DNA from: Candidatus Nanopelagicales bacterium
Lineage (GTDB): Bacteria > Actinomycetota > Actinomycetes > S36-B12
Length of the DNA stretch: 59,128 nucleotides
Direction of reading: 5' to 3'
Assembly: GCA_023253325.1 (NCBI GenBank)
Contig: JALRGY010000003.1
Coordinates: 1-59,128 of the forward strand
The notes under the pieces were generated by a model. The model was not told where the DNA came from. It ran no database searches and saw only the letters and a list, made by a program, of their open reading frames with translations. This document shows positions 18,645 to 28,161 of the stretch, piece after piece (position 1 is the stretch's first letter; each line of letters opens with the position of its first letter). Position numbers and translations under genes: made by a program.

Positions 18645-20002
18645 TTGGCGAGTTTTGTTGCAATGCGGTCCATGGTGTTTCGCGCAGTATAAACGGATGG
18701 AACATCATTGCCCAACATGACGAACACGAGTAAGCGTCCACTTTCATCGAGCACGGTGCCCGCCAAAGACGAGACTCCTGTCAGTGAACCTGTTTTGGCC
18801 CTAATGACCTCCGCGCCCGCTTTCGTACCCTTGGAATCGAAACGATCCGCAAGCGTTCCCGTGCGTCCTGCGACAGGGAGCCCCGTGGCAATGGATGCCC
18901 ATTCAGGTTGATCACCCCTGACCATTTCAGTGAGAACCTTCGCAACCGCGGCTGCACTCACCCTGTTCTTGGTGGACAGTCCGCTACCGTCTGCCAAACG
19001 CAGGCCCGTGGCATTAACACCTTGACTAGCGAGTACCGATGTGACCGCGCGCGAGGACCCAAAGAAACTGCCATCACCGTTAACGCGAACACCCACGAGG
19101 TGCGCAAGGATTTCAGCGACATCATTATCCGAATCACTGAGCATCAGGTCCACCGCTGCGGCCATGGTCTCTGACTGAACAGAGGCAACCGCGACAGAAC
19201 CCGTTGGAGCTTTACCCCGATCGATCTTTCTAACAGCGATGCCCTTCTTTTTCAACCGTTGAGCAAAAAGTTGGGCGCTCTGTTGGGCCGGGTCGTCCAC
19301 GCGGGCAGAAGCACCCGGGCGCACGCGCGCTGCACCTACCGTGAGCGCAGAAACCGGAGCTGCCACACCAAGTTTGGGGTAACTGCTTTTCCACCCCGGT
19401 CCCAATGCTGGACCGGTGAACAACGAGTCGTCATAGGTAAGTGCTATTGATTTTGTACCTGACATTAATAGTCTGTCCGCCGTTGCCTGAGCAAGTGCCT
19501 TGAGCGAGTTTGTGCCTTTTGTCCGCGACATCATGGGATCACCGCCACCAATAAGGAACACCTGATCACCTTGACGAGTCACCTTGGTAGTTGTTCGATA
19601 CAGCGGCCCCAGGGAACTGAGAACAGCAGCAGCCGTCAAAACTTTATTCACCGACGCCGGCGTGCGGCGTTTTGTGGCCTTCTCAGCAAATAGTTCCTTG
19701 CCCGTGATCGGATCAACAACCAGCATGGAAAGTGCGCCCACCGTCGGGTCTTGGGATAACTTGCCAATCGCACGATCCACACCCGTTGGCGTGGGAATGG
19801 GTGCGCGTTGGTTCAGCGGTCGATACTCACTGGGGATTGGACCAGGGGGTGGGCCATCAACCGTTGGTATCACTCCGAATGCGGGACCCGTCAGTGCAAC
19901 GCTGACCATACTGAACAAAGCGAGAATCGTGCTGATGATCATGACCGAAAATGTGACTTGACAAGTTCTGCCCAGCGCGCGCGATTGAGTAGCCATCCCC
20001 AC
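18629..20002 (-). CDS. dacB: D-alanyl-D-alanine carboxypeptidase/endopeptidase (PBP4, peptidase S13)
   Basis: Signal/TM segment, SxxK (PASVNKV), SxN-like (SDSDN) and KTG (AKTGSL) motifs. Confidence 0.88.
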   Translation of the reverse strand: MGMATQSRALGRTCQVTFSVMIISTILALFSMVSVALTGPAFGVIPTVDGPPPGPIPSEYRPLNQRAPIPTPTGVDRAIGKLSQDPTVGALSMLVVDPITGKELFAEKATKRRTPASVNKVLTAAAVLSSLGPLYRTTTKVTRQGDQVFLIGGGDPMMSRTKGTNSLKALAQATADRLLMSGTKSIALTYDDSLFTGPALGPGWKSSYPKLGVAAPVSALTVGAARVRPGASARVDDPAQQSAQLFAQRLKKKGIAVRKIDRGKAPTGSVAVASVQSETMAAAVDLMLSDSDNDVAEILAHLVGVRVNGDGSFFGSSRAVTSVLASQGVNATGLRLADGSGLSTKNRVSAAAVAKVLTEMVRGDQPEWASIATGLPVAGRTGTLADRFDSKGTKAGAEVIRAKTGSLTGVSSLAGTVLDESGRLLVFVMLGNDVPSVYTARNTMDRIATKLAKCGCA

Positions 20003-20016
20003 TACTCTAAGTCACC

Positions 20017-20514
20017 ATGGAACCTCTTGCGTTTGATGTGACGATTGAAATCCCCGCTGGCAGTCGTAATAAGTACGAAGTTGACCACAAAACCGGCCGG
20101 ATTCGCCTCGATCGCATGTTGTTCACCTCGACCCGCTACCCCCATGACTACGGGTTTATCGATGACACCCTTGGCCTCGATGGTGACCCCCTCGACGCCC
20201 TCGTCCTCCTTCAGGAGCCCACGTTCCCCGGTGTTGTCATCAGCTGCCGCACGGTGGGCATGTTCCGCATGACCGATGAAGCAGGCGGTGACGACAAACT
20301 CCTATGCGTCCCTGCGGGAGATCCCCGCATGGAGCACCTACGTGATATCCACCATGTTGCCGAATTCGATCGCTTGGAAATTCAGCATTTCTTTGAGGTG
20401 TACAAGGACCTCGAGCCCGGAAAATCCGTTGAAGGCGCCACCTGGACCGGTCGCGTTGAAGCCGAAGCGGAAATCCGTGAATCGTGGGCTCGCGCGAAAA
20501 ATGTTGAGCACTAG
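20017..20514 (+). CDS. ppa: inorganic pyrophosphatase (family I)
   Basis: Motifs [19 protein letters not shown] and [10 protein letters not shown], 165 aa. Confidence 0.95.
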   Translation: MEPLAFDVTIEIPAGSRNKYEVDHKTGRIRLDRMLFTSTRYPHDYGFIDDTLGLDGDPLDALVLLQEPTFPGVVISCRTVGMFRMTDEAGGDDKLLCVPAGDPRMEHLRDIHHVAEFDRLEIQHFFEVYKDLEPGKSVEGATWTGRVEAEAEIRESWARAKNVEH

Positions 20515-20537
20515 AGTCGCGAAAGAACGCAACTCTG

Positions 20538-20553
20538 TGGGACCAATGTCCCA
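20538..20553 (+). terminator. short hairpin TGGGAC-caat-GTCCCA followed by TTAATTA; weak candidate terminator after ppa
   Basis: 6-bp stem, 4-nt loop and a T/A-rich tail, about 25 nt downstream of the ppa stop. Confidence 0.3.
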
Positions 20554-20609
20554 TTAATTACAGTCTCTTGGCGCAACTGGGACCCGCCTTTTAGTTCTAC
20601 CGTGGACAT

Positions 20610-21875
20610 GTGAAAAGACTTCTAATTCTCGGCGGCGGAACCGCCGGCACAATGTCCGCTAACCGCCTCTCCGCGAAACTAAAAGATTGGCACATCACCG
20701 TTATCGATCGGGATGACAATCACCGCTATCAGCCAGGGTTCCTGTTCATGCCGTTTGGCATCTACTCTCCCGAACAGCTCACAAAATCACGCCGTGAGAC
20801 TCTGAGCAAGAAAGTGAACCTCGTGTTCGGGGAAATCGACCGGATCAATGGCGACGAGAACAAAGTCATGCTCACCAACGGCCAAGTCTTTGATTACGAC
20901 TACCTGATCATTGCCACAGGTGTCGCACCTCGCCCGGATCAGACACCAGGTCTTGCTGAGGGCATTGAGTCAAATGACGCCGTTCACGAGTTTTATAGCT
21001 ACGACGGGTCATTGGCTCTTGCTAAGAAGCTCAAGAACTTCCAAGGCGGGCGCGTAGTTCTCAATATTGTTGAAATGCCCATCAAGTGCCCCGTTGCTCC
21101 ACTTGAGTTTTCATTCTTGGCTGACGACTACTTCAAGACCCAGGGAATACGCAACAAGGTGGCAATGACCTACTCAACGCCACTAGGAGCCGCATTCACC
21201 CAGCCCATTGCGGCAAAGGCGTTCGGTGCGACGTTGGAAGAAAAGCAAATCGCAGTCGAACCTGACTTCATGATTATGGAAGTTAATAATGAGACAAATG
21301 AAATCGTGTCTTATGACGAGCGAAGGATTCCTTTCGACCTGCTGATTTCGGTTCCCGTCAACATGGGACAGGATTTCTTGAGCAGGTCCGGATTGGGCAA
21401 TGAACTCAACCTTGTGCCAGTGGACAAGTTCACTCAGGTATCCGACAAATACAGCAACGTGTTCGCCTTGGGTGATGCCAACAACATTCCAGCTTCAAAG
21501 GCGGGATCGGTTGCACACTTTGAAGTCGATGTGTTTGTTGAGAACTTTATTCAACACATTGCCGGTCAGGAGATGACTCACAGATTCGATGGCCATGCGA
21601 ACTGTTTCATTGAAACTGGTGGCGGCAAAGCGATGTTGATTGACTTCAACTACAACGTCCAGCCGCTCCCCGGCAAGTATCCCTATTCCATTATCGGTCC
21701 AATGCGTTTGCTCAAACAAACACGCATGAACCATTTGGGCAAAATGGCATTTCGTTGGATGTACTGGCACATATTGATGCCTGGGCGCCCCATGCCCGTC
21801 TCCGCTCAGATGAGTCTGAGCGGCAAAGAAACTGAACTACTTGATCACCAACAACTCGCAAAAGTTGCAAGCTAA
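20610..21875 (+). CDS. NAD(P)/FAD-dependent oxidoreductase, sulfide:quinone oxidoreductase-like
   Basis: N-terminal FAD fold LILGGGTAGT. Candidate redox Cys in PIKCPVAPLE and HANCFIETGG. GDANNIP...KAGSVAH motif. GTG start. Confidence 0.7.
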   Translation: MKRLLILGGGTAGTMSANRLSAKLKDWHITVIDRDDNHRYQPGFLFMPFGIYSPEQLTKSRRETLSKKVNLVFGEIDRINGDENKVMLTNGQVFDYDYLIIATGVAPRPDQTPGLAEGIESNDAVHEFYSYDGSLALAKKLKNFQGGRVVLNIVEMPIKCPVAPLEFSFLADDYFKTQGIRNKVAMTYSTPLGAAFTQPIAAKAFGATLEEKQIAVEPDFMIMEVNNETNEIVSYDERRIPFDLLISVPVNMGQDFLSRSGLGNELNLVPVDKFTQVSDKYSNVFALGDANNIPASKAGSVAHFEVDVFVENFIQHIAGQEMTHRFDGHANCFIETGGGKAMLIDFNYNVQPLPGKYPYSIIGPMRLLKQTRMNHLGKMAFRWMYWHILMPGRPMPVSAQMSLSGKETELLDHQQLAKVAS

Positions 21876-21904
21876 AAGAAATTTCACCCACGAAAGGAAT
21901 TGAT

Positions 21905-22219
21905 ATGCCAACAACAATTATTGAGGGACACGAACTTTCGGTCGACGACGAGGGCTTCCTCACCGAATACGATCAATGGGACCCCCAAATCGCTGAAGCA
22001 CTAGCACAAGCAATTGATGTCCCACTCACTGATGAGCACTGGAAAGTCATCAACTTCCTACGCGAGGACTTCAAAGCGCATGGCGCAACCCCAACGCTTC
22101 GACGCGTATCAACCGAAGGCGGAGTTGATACCAAAACTCTCTTTGCACTATTTCCCAAGAAGCCTGCCAAAAAGATGTCCTACATCGCGGGTTTGCCCAA
22201 GCCTGCTGGCTGCGTTTAA
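21905..22219 (+). CDS. TusE/DsrC/DsvC family sulfur relay protein (single C-terminal Cys)
   Basis: The C-terminus AGLPKPAGCV is nearly identical to the TusE/DsrC terminal motif. Size 104 aa. It lacks the second Cys found 10 residues upstream in true DsrC. Confidence 0.85.
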   Translation: MPTTIIEGHELSVDDEGFLTEYDQWDPQIAEALAQAIDVPLTDEHWKVINFLREDFKAHGATPTLRRVSTEGGVDTKTLFALFPKKPAKKMSYIAGLPKPAGCV

Positions 22220-22230
22220 AGGAATCTGAC

Positions 22231-22749
22231 ATGACAACCACAACCGCACCAATGGAAATGATCGTTCCATCTTTTGGATCCGATGCGGAGAGTGGCCGAA
22301 AGTTGGCCGTCATCTGCTCCAAGGGCGCCCTCGACATGGCGTACCCCGGATTGATCTTGGGCAACGCGGCCCTCGGCGAAGGCGTTGAACTCGATCTGTT
22401 CTTCACCTTCTGGGGGTTTGACATGATTACCAAGAGTCGCATGTATGACCTCAAGTTCTCCCCCGTGGGCAACACAGCCACACACATGCCCGCCGCTCTC
22501 AGCCCGCTGCCCGGGGTCACGGCCATGGCCACTCACTCACTCAAAAAGTCACTCGCTGATCTCAATATTCCTGAAGTCCCCGATTTTCTTGACCTGCTGA
22601 AAGATTCTGGCGCCCGCCTTTGGGCATGCCGGCTCAGTGCAGACATGAACCACCTCAAAGAGGAAGACCTCTATGACGGTGTGGACGGAATCATTAGCGC
22701 AAGTGACTTCATTGAAATGACGGATGGCTCGCAACTACTCTTCATTTGA
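22231..22749 (+). CDS. DsrE/DsrF-like family protein
   Basis: KLAVICSKGALDMAYPGLILGNAA...LFFTFWG resembles the DsrE_2-type fold with a Cys near the N-terminal beta strand. Adjacent to the TusE-like gene. Confidence 0.65.
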   Translation: MTTTTAPMEMIVPSFGSDAESGRKLAVICSKGALDMAYPGLILGNAALGEGVELDLFFTFWGFDMITKSRMYDLKFSPVGNTATHMPAALSPLPGVTAMATHSLKKSLADLNIPEVPDFLDLLKDSGARLWACRLSADMNHLKEEDLYDGVDGIISASDFIEMTDGSQLLFI

Positions 22750-22779
22750 TCAAGTCGCATTAGCTCTATCCAACAGTGG

Positions 22780-23928
22780 CTACTCAGCGTTTGATTCCTT
22801 GAGTGTGACCTGCAATGGCGTGAACGTTTGCACTCTGATTGGTTCAGGCAGCGGGGTTAGCCCATAAGTTTCAAAGGAGCCTTGCCCAGAAAGCCTGACC
22901 AGGAATTGAACGGTGGACAGGGGCAATGGATTCGCTGGGTCATTGCACACCATCGCGTGCGCGGTTCCCATAATCGGCCAACCAATAAGCGGTTGGCCTT
23001 CTGCCAAAACAATTTTCGATGCAGCAATGTCAAAGTTTCCTTCAACGGGAACTCCGCCCGTGGCTGGTGTGGCAATAAGGCGATTTGGATCAGCCAATAC
23101 TTCCATGGCACCTGAACCGACCTTTTGCAACTGGGTGTCATCCGGGTTGATGAACTCGCCCTGAATGTCCACGGCGGCCATGGGAATCAGGTTGTTAATG
23201 GCAACCACGATCGGCAGAATCGCGACCGTGCCTTCATAGGCGATTACCCCATTGAGCAGCTCTGTTTCATCGGCAAACTTTTCACCATATTCCAAAGTGC
23301 CGCTGGGAGCGGTTGTCCACGCTTGCGGCGCTTCTTGGGAGAGCCACGTTGTCATCGCTTCTACAGACCCGGTGGGGCCATCAACACTCATTACAGCGAT
23401 TTCGGGGAGCATGGTTAAGTCATAGTCCTGATTCAGGTCTTGGATCGCACTGTCATCCCAGGTGGTGATTGATCCGGTGAGGATTCCGGCAACGACTTCG
23501 GGGCTGAGGATCAATCCATCAAGCCCGATGATGTTGTAAGACAGTGCCACGCCGTAACTGAAAATTGGCACCGTGATGACTTCACCGGTGCACATCTCAG
23601 CGAATGTTGCCGCTTGATCAGCTGATGGGGCGTGGTCGAGAATTTCGACGCCGGCGGACGTCCCTGCCGGAACTTCTGTGATCAACTGCTCAGGACACAT
23701 ACCACCGAGCGTCACGTTGACCATGTCGAGACTGCCCATGAAATCTGCAGGAACAGCAACTTCCTGTGAACCTGATTTGCAGTCAATTTGGTTTTCCACC
23801 TGAGCCGCTAGTACGTCAGGTGGCATGGGTGGAGTGCATCCGCTCAATGCTAGAGATGCTGCTAGCCCGGAGACCGCGATGAGGGCAATGCCCCAGCGAC
23901 GATTAAGAAACTGGTTCATTGCCCTCAC
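22780..23928 (-). CDS. PstS-like periplasmic-binding-fold lipoprotein with degenerate phosphate-binding motifs
   Basis: Lipobox LALSGC. The central segment ILSPEVVAGILTGSITTWDDSAIQDLNQ parallels PstS (ILGGKITKWNDREI). The PstS anion-binding loops are replaced (see findings). Confidence 0.65.
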   Translation of the reverse strand: MRAMNQFLNRRWGIALIAVSGLAASLALSGCTPPMPPDVLAAQVENQIDCKSGSQEVAVPADFMGSLDMVNVTLGGMCPEQLITEVPAGTSAGVEILDHAPSADQAATFAEMCTGEVITVPIFSYGVALSYNIIGLDGLILSPEVVAGILTGSITTWDDSAIQDLNQDYDLTMLPEIAVMSVDGPTGSVEAMTTWLSQEAPQAWTTAPSGTLEYGEKFADETELLNGVIAYEGTVAILPIVVAINNLIPMAAVDIQGEFINPDDTQLQKVGSGAMEVLADPNRLIATPATGGVPVEGNFDIAASKIVLAEGQPLIGWPIMGTAHAMVCNDPANPLPLSTVQFLVRLSGQGSFETYGLTPLPEPIRVQTFTPLQVTLKESNAE

Positions 23929-23960
23929 CTTTGGTCGTTTTTTACTTTTAAGAAACTTAC

Positions 23961-25028
23961 TTACTTGATAGCAAGAGCAAGTGACTTAGCCTTTGCAAGC
24001 ACCTTGCCACCCACTGGGACGTATCCGAGTGAAGCCGCACGCTGTGGTCCACACTTCTGGATCAAGTAGTCAGCGAACTGACGCACTCCCAAACCGTTGG
24101 GACCCTTGCCATCGGTGCGTGCCAACAGGTAGCTGAAGATCGCCACCGGGTAGGCGCCCTTGGACTTGACGTTGTAGTTCAAGCTCACGAGACCGTTGGA
24201 ACCAATGTTGGTCTGGTTCGCAAGGTTCTTGGCAGCGGATGCTGACGAGGGAGCAACGAACTCGCCGAGAGCGTTCTGAACACGAGCGGCGGGGTAGCCC
24301 TTGGCATCGCCGAGGTCGACGTAACCGATTGTTCCTTCTTTGCCTGTGACAAGTGCCATGACGCCTGCGTTGCCTTTGCCTGCGACGCTGTTTGAAGGTG
24401 GGTTGCCACCGGGAAACGCCGAAGTCATGCTGTCACCAACCTTGGCGAAGATGCTTGGTGCCCAGGCATTCAGGTACTGCAACGTGTTGTTGGTCGTACC
24501 CGAGTTGTCTGACCGGTAAGCAACGGTGATTGGTGTTGCCGGAATACCGCTTGCAATACGTGGATTGGACCTCAGGATTTCCCTGTCGTTCCACTTGGTG
24601 ATCTTTCCACCCAGAATCTTGGCAAGAGTGGTCTGCTTGAGCTGGATAGATGAACCCAGTGAGCGGCCAGTCTTCTTGTTTTTCAGGTTGATGGGGAAGG
24701 TCACAGCTCCACCGATGTTGGGAATGTACTCCCAACCAAATGATGGCTCACCGGATGAGTACTTGCTATCGGTCTGTGCGTAGTCAAAAACACCCTTGGT
24801 GAAGTTTGACTTGCCCGTGCCGGATCCGGTGCTGGTGTACTGGATTTTGAAGTTGCTCTGTGATGCATTGAAATCTGAGGCGCATGCCTGAATCCATGGG
24901 TATGGGAAGGAAGCACCACCACCGCTGATTGTTTCTGCAGCATTTGCAGGAACTGCAACCATGAGTGACGACGCTACGAGTGCAGTGGTACCTGCGACGC
25001 TTGCTGCGAGTGCAACGATTCTTCGCAC
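23961..25028 (-). CDS. pstS: phosphate ABC transporter substrate-binding protein
   Basis: GGGASFPYP, YTSTGSGTG, SDNSGTT and KITKWND motifs plus a signal peptide. I set the start at the GTG preceded by AAGGAG at 5-nt spacing. The ORF-track start is 25109. Confidence 0.9.
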   Translation of the reverse strand: MRRIVALAASVAGTTALVASSLMVAVPANAAETISGGGASFPYPWIQACASDFNASQSNFKIQYTSTGSGTGKSNFTKGVFDYAQTDSKYSSGEPSFGWEYIPNIGGAVTFPINLKNKKTGRSLGSSIQLKQTTLAKILGGKITKWNDREILRSNPRIASGIPATPITVAYRSDNSGTTNNTLQYLNAWAPSIFAKVGDSMTSAFPGGNPPSNSVAGKGNAGVMALVTGKEGTIGYVDLGDAKGYPAARVQNALGEFVAPSSASAAKNLANQTNIGSNGLVSLNYNVKSKGAYPVAIFSYLLARTDGKGPNGLGVRQFADYLIQKCGPQRAASLGYVPVGGKVLAKAKSLALAIK

Positions 25029-25129
25029 TTTTACTCCTTTATTGGGGTTGGATTTACATTTCTTGATTCGTAATCTAGGTAGTGAAAGTGGATGAAAATG
25101 ATCGCTCACTTGTCATCCGGCTAACCTTT

Positions 25130-25168
25130 AGGTGAACAGTTGGTGTCCCGCCATGAGGTTGTTCACCT
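25130..25168 (-). promoter_or_regulatory. inverted repeat AGGTGAACA-N21-TGTTCACCT in the pstB-pstS spacer (PHO-box-like half sites or a stem-loop)
   Basis: 9-bp perfect arms, each containing the GTTCACC core, lie 6 nt downstream of the pstB stop within a 145-nt spacer that precedes pstS. Confidence 0.4.
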
Positions 25169-25173
25169 GCTAG

Positions 25174-26031
25174 TTATCCAAATCGTCCATTGACGTAATC
25201 CAGAGTGCGCTGATCCTGCGGGTTGCCAAAGATTTCTGTCGTTGCACCCTGCTCGACCACGTAACCAGGCTTGTTCTCCTCGGCGAGGAAAAAGGCGGTG
25301 TAGTCAGAAACACGGACCGCCTGCTGCATGTTATGGGTGACAATGATGATGGTGATTTCTTTGGACAACTGGCGAATCGTCTCTTCGATCTTGAGCGTCG
25401 ATGCTGGATCAAGGGCGGAGCATGGTTCATCCATAAGAAGAACATGAGGATTGACAGCAAGTGCGCGAGCAATCACCAGTCGTTGTTGCTGGCCACCGGA
25501 AAGATCCCCCGCGTGAGCATTAAGTCGATCCTTAACTTCTTTCCATAGTCCCGCTGACGTCAAAGTTTGCTCAACAATGTCGTCGTGGTCGCTGCGCTTC
25601 ATGCCTGAGAGTTTCAAGCCCGAAAGAACATTGCCGCGGATCGTCATGGAAGGGAATGGATTTGGCTTTTGAAAAACCATTCCGATGGAAAGGCGAATAT
25701 GCACTGGATCAACGTTCTGGGCATAAATATCGCTGCCCTCGTATAGGACTTCACCTGCAAGCGCAGCCCCGGGGATCAATTCATGGAGGCGATTGAGCGT
25801 GCGAATGAAGGTCGACTTGCCACAGCCTGATGGACCAATAAGAGCGGTGACCGAATTCTTGGGAAACGCCATGTTCACATCCTCGAGAACCTTGCGCTTG
25901 CCAAACCACACGCTGACATTCTTGGCTTCCATCTCGGTTGTGCCAACAGGAGCTTTGCTCTTGTCAACTTCGACTTCGAGTTCACTCATGTTGTTCATCA
26001 TTTCCTGTGTCGCCGTCTTAACACTGTCCAT
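25174..26031 (-). CDS. pstB: phosphate ABC transporter ATP-binding protein
   Basis: Walker A GPSGCGKST, signature LSGGQQQRL, Walker B LLMDEP. The PstB-typical C-terminus ends in GRFG. Confidence 0.95.
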   Translation of the reverse strand: MDSVKTATQEMMNNMSELEVEVDKSKAPVGTTEMEAKNVSVWFGKRKVLEDVNMAFPKNSVTALIGPSGCGKSTFIRTLNRLHELIPGAALAGEVLYEGSDIYAQNVDPVHIRLSIGMVFQKPNPFPSMTIRGNVLSGLKLSGMKRSDHDDIVEQTLTSAGLWKEVKDRLNAHAGDLSGGQQQRLVIARALAVNPHVLLMDEPCSALDPASTLKIEETIRQLSKEITIIIVTHNMQQAVRVSDYTAFFLAEENKPGYVVEQGATTEIFGNPQDQRTLDYVNGRFG

Positions 26032-26069
26032 GTCATTTCCTTCCTAATGATTGTCAAAAGAATTGCTGT

Positions 26070-27155
26070 TTACGCGCTTCGCTTTCTTCCCCCCAGATAG
26101 CGGGTCACCGTGAACAAAATCGCTACTAAAATCATGAGCGCCAATGCCGCCCCCCACGCACGAGTCACCGCATCGGGGTAGGGCTGCGCAACGTTGTCGA
26201 AAATATATGTGGGCAGCGCCGAGATCGGATCAGAAATCGGGTTGACCACGGTTTGGTCGTTTTTGAGAGCCGTGAGCAACAGCGGTGCGGTCTCACCCAC
26301 GACGCGAGCCACGCCAAGCAAGATTGCCGTGATGATTCCTGTTTTCGCCGCAGGAATGACCACCTTGGAAACAACTCGAGCTCGGGTTGAACCCAATGCG
26401 AGTGCACCAGTGCGAAGTTCTTCAGGCACAAGACGAAGGACTTCTTCTGCGGTACGGGCAACGGTCGGCAACATCAGGATTGCATAGGCAATTGCACCGG
26501 CAAGTGCGCTCTGACGCAGGACTCCCGTGAGAATGAACACTGTGAGCACAAACAAACCCGCAACAACGGATGGAACGCCACTCATCGCTTGGACAAAGAA
26601 CCTGACATAAGGAACGGCCTTGCCCCGCACTTCAGTGACGTAGACAGCTGTTGCGATTCCCAAGGGCACCGAGATGATGACTGCGATGCCAACGATCAGG
26701 AACGTACCAATAATTGCGTGACCAATGCCACCGTAATCCAAAGGTGTGCTCGGGCTGATGTACACGCTATTTTGAAAGATGAATGATGGCCTAAAGGCCT
26801 CAATCCCCCGTGCAATGATTGTGAACAGCATTGATCCAAGAACTATCGCACTTAACGCAGTGGCACCAATGGCCAGGACGATTATGCATGAGTCAAGGAT
26901 TCCGTGTTTGCCCTTTGTTGCGAGTGCAGCCAACCCTGCCGCCACGAGTTGCAAGGGGAAGTAGATAACCGTGAGCAATATCGCTGGTGGGATGACGTCC
27001 GCTGAGTAAATTAACCCAACCACCGCGATGGGAACCACTACCGCAATGGCCGTTGCAAGCCAGAATTTTGCTGGTCGTTTACTCCACGGCCGCCGTGGCA
27101 TTTGTTCAATCGCTGGGCCATTCAAACTGTCTGGCCGCTCCATCACCGTTGTCAT
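26070..27155 (-). CDS. pstA: phosphate ABC transporter permease PstA
   Basis: Six or more TM helices, PstA-like GIGHAIIGT...VPLGIATAVYVTE, and an EAA-like loop ALGSTRARVVSKVVIP. Confidence 0.88.
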   Translation of the reverse strand: MTTVMERPDSLNGPAIEQMPRRPWSKRPAKFWLATAIAVVVPIAVVGLIYSADVIPPAILLTVIYFPLQLVAAGLAALATKGKHGILDSCIIVLAIGATALSAIVLGSMLFTIIARGIEAFRPSFIFQNSVYISPSTPLDYGGIGHAIIGTFLIVGIAVIISVPLGIATAVYVTEVRGKAVPYVRFFVQAMSGVPSVVAGLFVLTVFILTGVLRQSALAGAIAYAILMLPTVARTAEEVLRLVPEELRTGALALGSTRARVVSKVVIPAAKTGIITAILLGVARVVGETAPLLLTALKNDQTVVNPISDPISALPTYIFDNVAQPYPDAVTRAWGAALALMILVAILFTVTRYLGGRKRSA

Positions 27156-28117
27156 GATCGTAGCCGTTCTGTCCGTCGGACGATTAGATTTGCAAGTGCG
27201 TTGACAAGCAATGTGCCGAGAAACAGGAAGAAGCCCGCGGCAAGGAGTACTTGGACTTCGAACTCTCCATTGGTCTCACCAAATTTGGAAACAATGAGTG
27301 TTGCGACGGACCCACCGCCTGACTCGAGAATGTTGAAAAAGTTGATGTCAAAGACAATTTTCAGAACAAAGAAGACCGCGATTGTTTCCCCTAGTGCCCG
27401 GCCCAAGCCCAGCATGATGCCGCCGACGATTCCACCACGACCGAATGGCAGAGCGACATAGCGCAACATGGTCCACATGGAGCATCCCAGTGACTCCGCC
27501 GCATTGATCAACTCAGGAGGTGTTCGCTTAAGCACTTCAGCCGTAATCGACGTGACGATTGGAATCATCATGATCGCCAAAACCAAACCGGCCATGAACG
27601 GGGTGCCACTGAAGTTGCCCGAGTCATTGGCAAACAATGGAATCCAGCCGAGATACTGGTTCAACAACTGCTGCCATTCCTCGGCCGGTGGGACCAAAAC
27701 ATAAAAGGCCCACAATCCAATGATCACGCTCGGAATTGCAGCCATCAGATCAATCAGATTTGTCAGAATCTTGGACAGTTTGGCTGGTGCCAAGAACACC
27801 ATGAACACGGCGAGGAACAAACTGACGGGCACCGCAATCACCAACGCAATCACGGCGAGGAGAAGTGAGCCGTAAAGCATGCCCGCAATGCCATACTCAG
27901 GTGGTACGCCTGTTGTATCCCACACTGTGGTGGTTAAGAAACTCAAACCTTGGTCTTGTAAAACCGGAATTGTTTGAGCCCCCAGAAAAATTGTGATTCC
28001 AGCAAGGACTACCAGTGAAGTGAATGCCGCGCCCGTAATTGTGCGATTAAAAACTCGGTCTCCGCGGTGAGCTCTCTTGCCGCCGGAGAGATCCCGCAAG
28101 GGGGTGTCGGTTGCCAC
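27152..28117 (-). CDS. pstC: phosphate ABC transporter permease PstC
   Basis: PstC-like TM pattern and EAA loop AAESLGCSMWTMLRYVALP. 4-nt overlap with pstA. GTG start. Confidence 0.88.
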   Translation of the reverse strand: MATDTPLRDLSGGKRAHRGDRVFNRTITGAAFTSLVVLAGITIFLGAQTIPVLQDQGLSFLTTTVWDTTGVPPEYGIAGMLYGSLLLAVIALVIAVPVSLFLAVFMVFLAPAKLSKILTNLIDLMAAIPSVIIGLWAFYVLVPPAEEWQQLLNQYLGWIPLFANDSGNFSGTPFMAGLVLAIMMIPIVTSITAEVLKRTPPELINAAESLGCSMWTMLRYVALPFGRGGIVGGIMLGLGRALGETIAVFFVLKIVFDINFFNILESGGGSVATLIVSKFGETNGEFEVQVLLAAGFFLFLGTLLVNALANLIVRRTERLRS

Positions 28118-28161
28118 AGGGCAAACTTTCCAGTTCCAGGTTTATGCGGAGGCGCAATTGC

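Noticed and set aside
20003-20016. 14-nt gap between the divergent dacB and ppa starts, considered as an unusual bidirectional leaderless promoter.
   Set aside because: The dacB start is uncertain because alternative downstream starts exist, so the true spacer may be longer. The evidence is insufficient.
25029-25109. Upstream extension of the pstS ORF, and similar extensions of folE (13962-14045), relE (10873-10905), phd (11145-11168), tilS, fdsD and fdsG.
   Set aside because: The internal starts have Shine-Dalgarno sequences or ATGA/GTGA/TAATG coupling to the upstream stop and give canonical N-termini. The phd extension would read through the operator palindrome.
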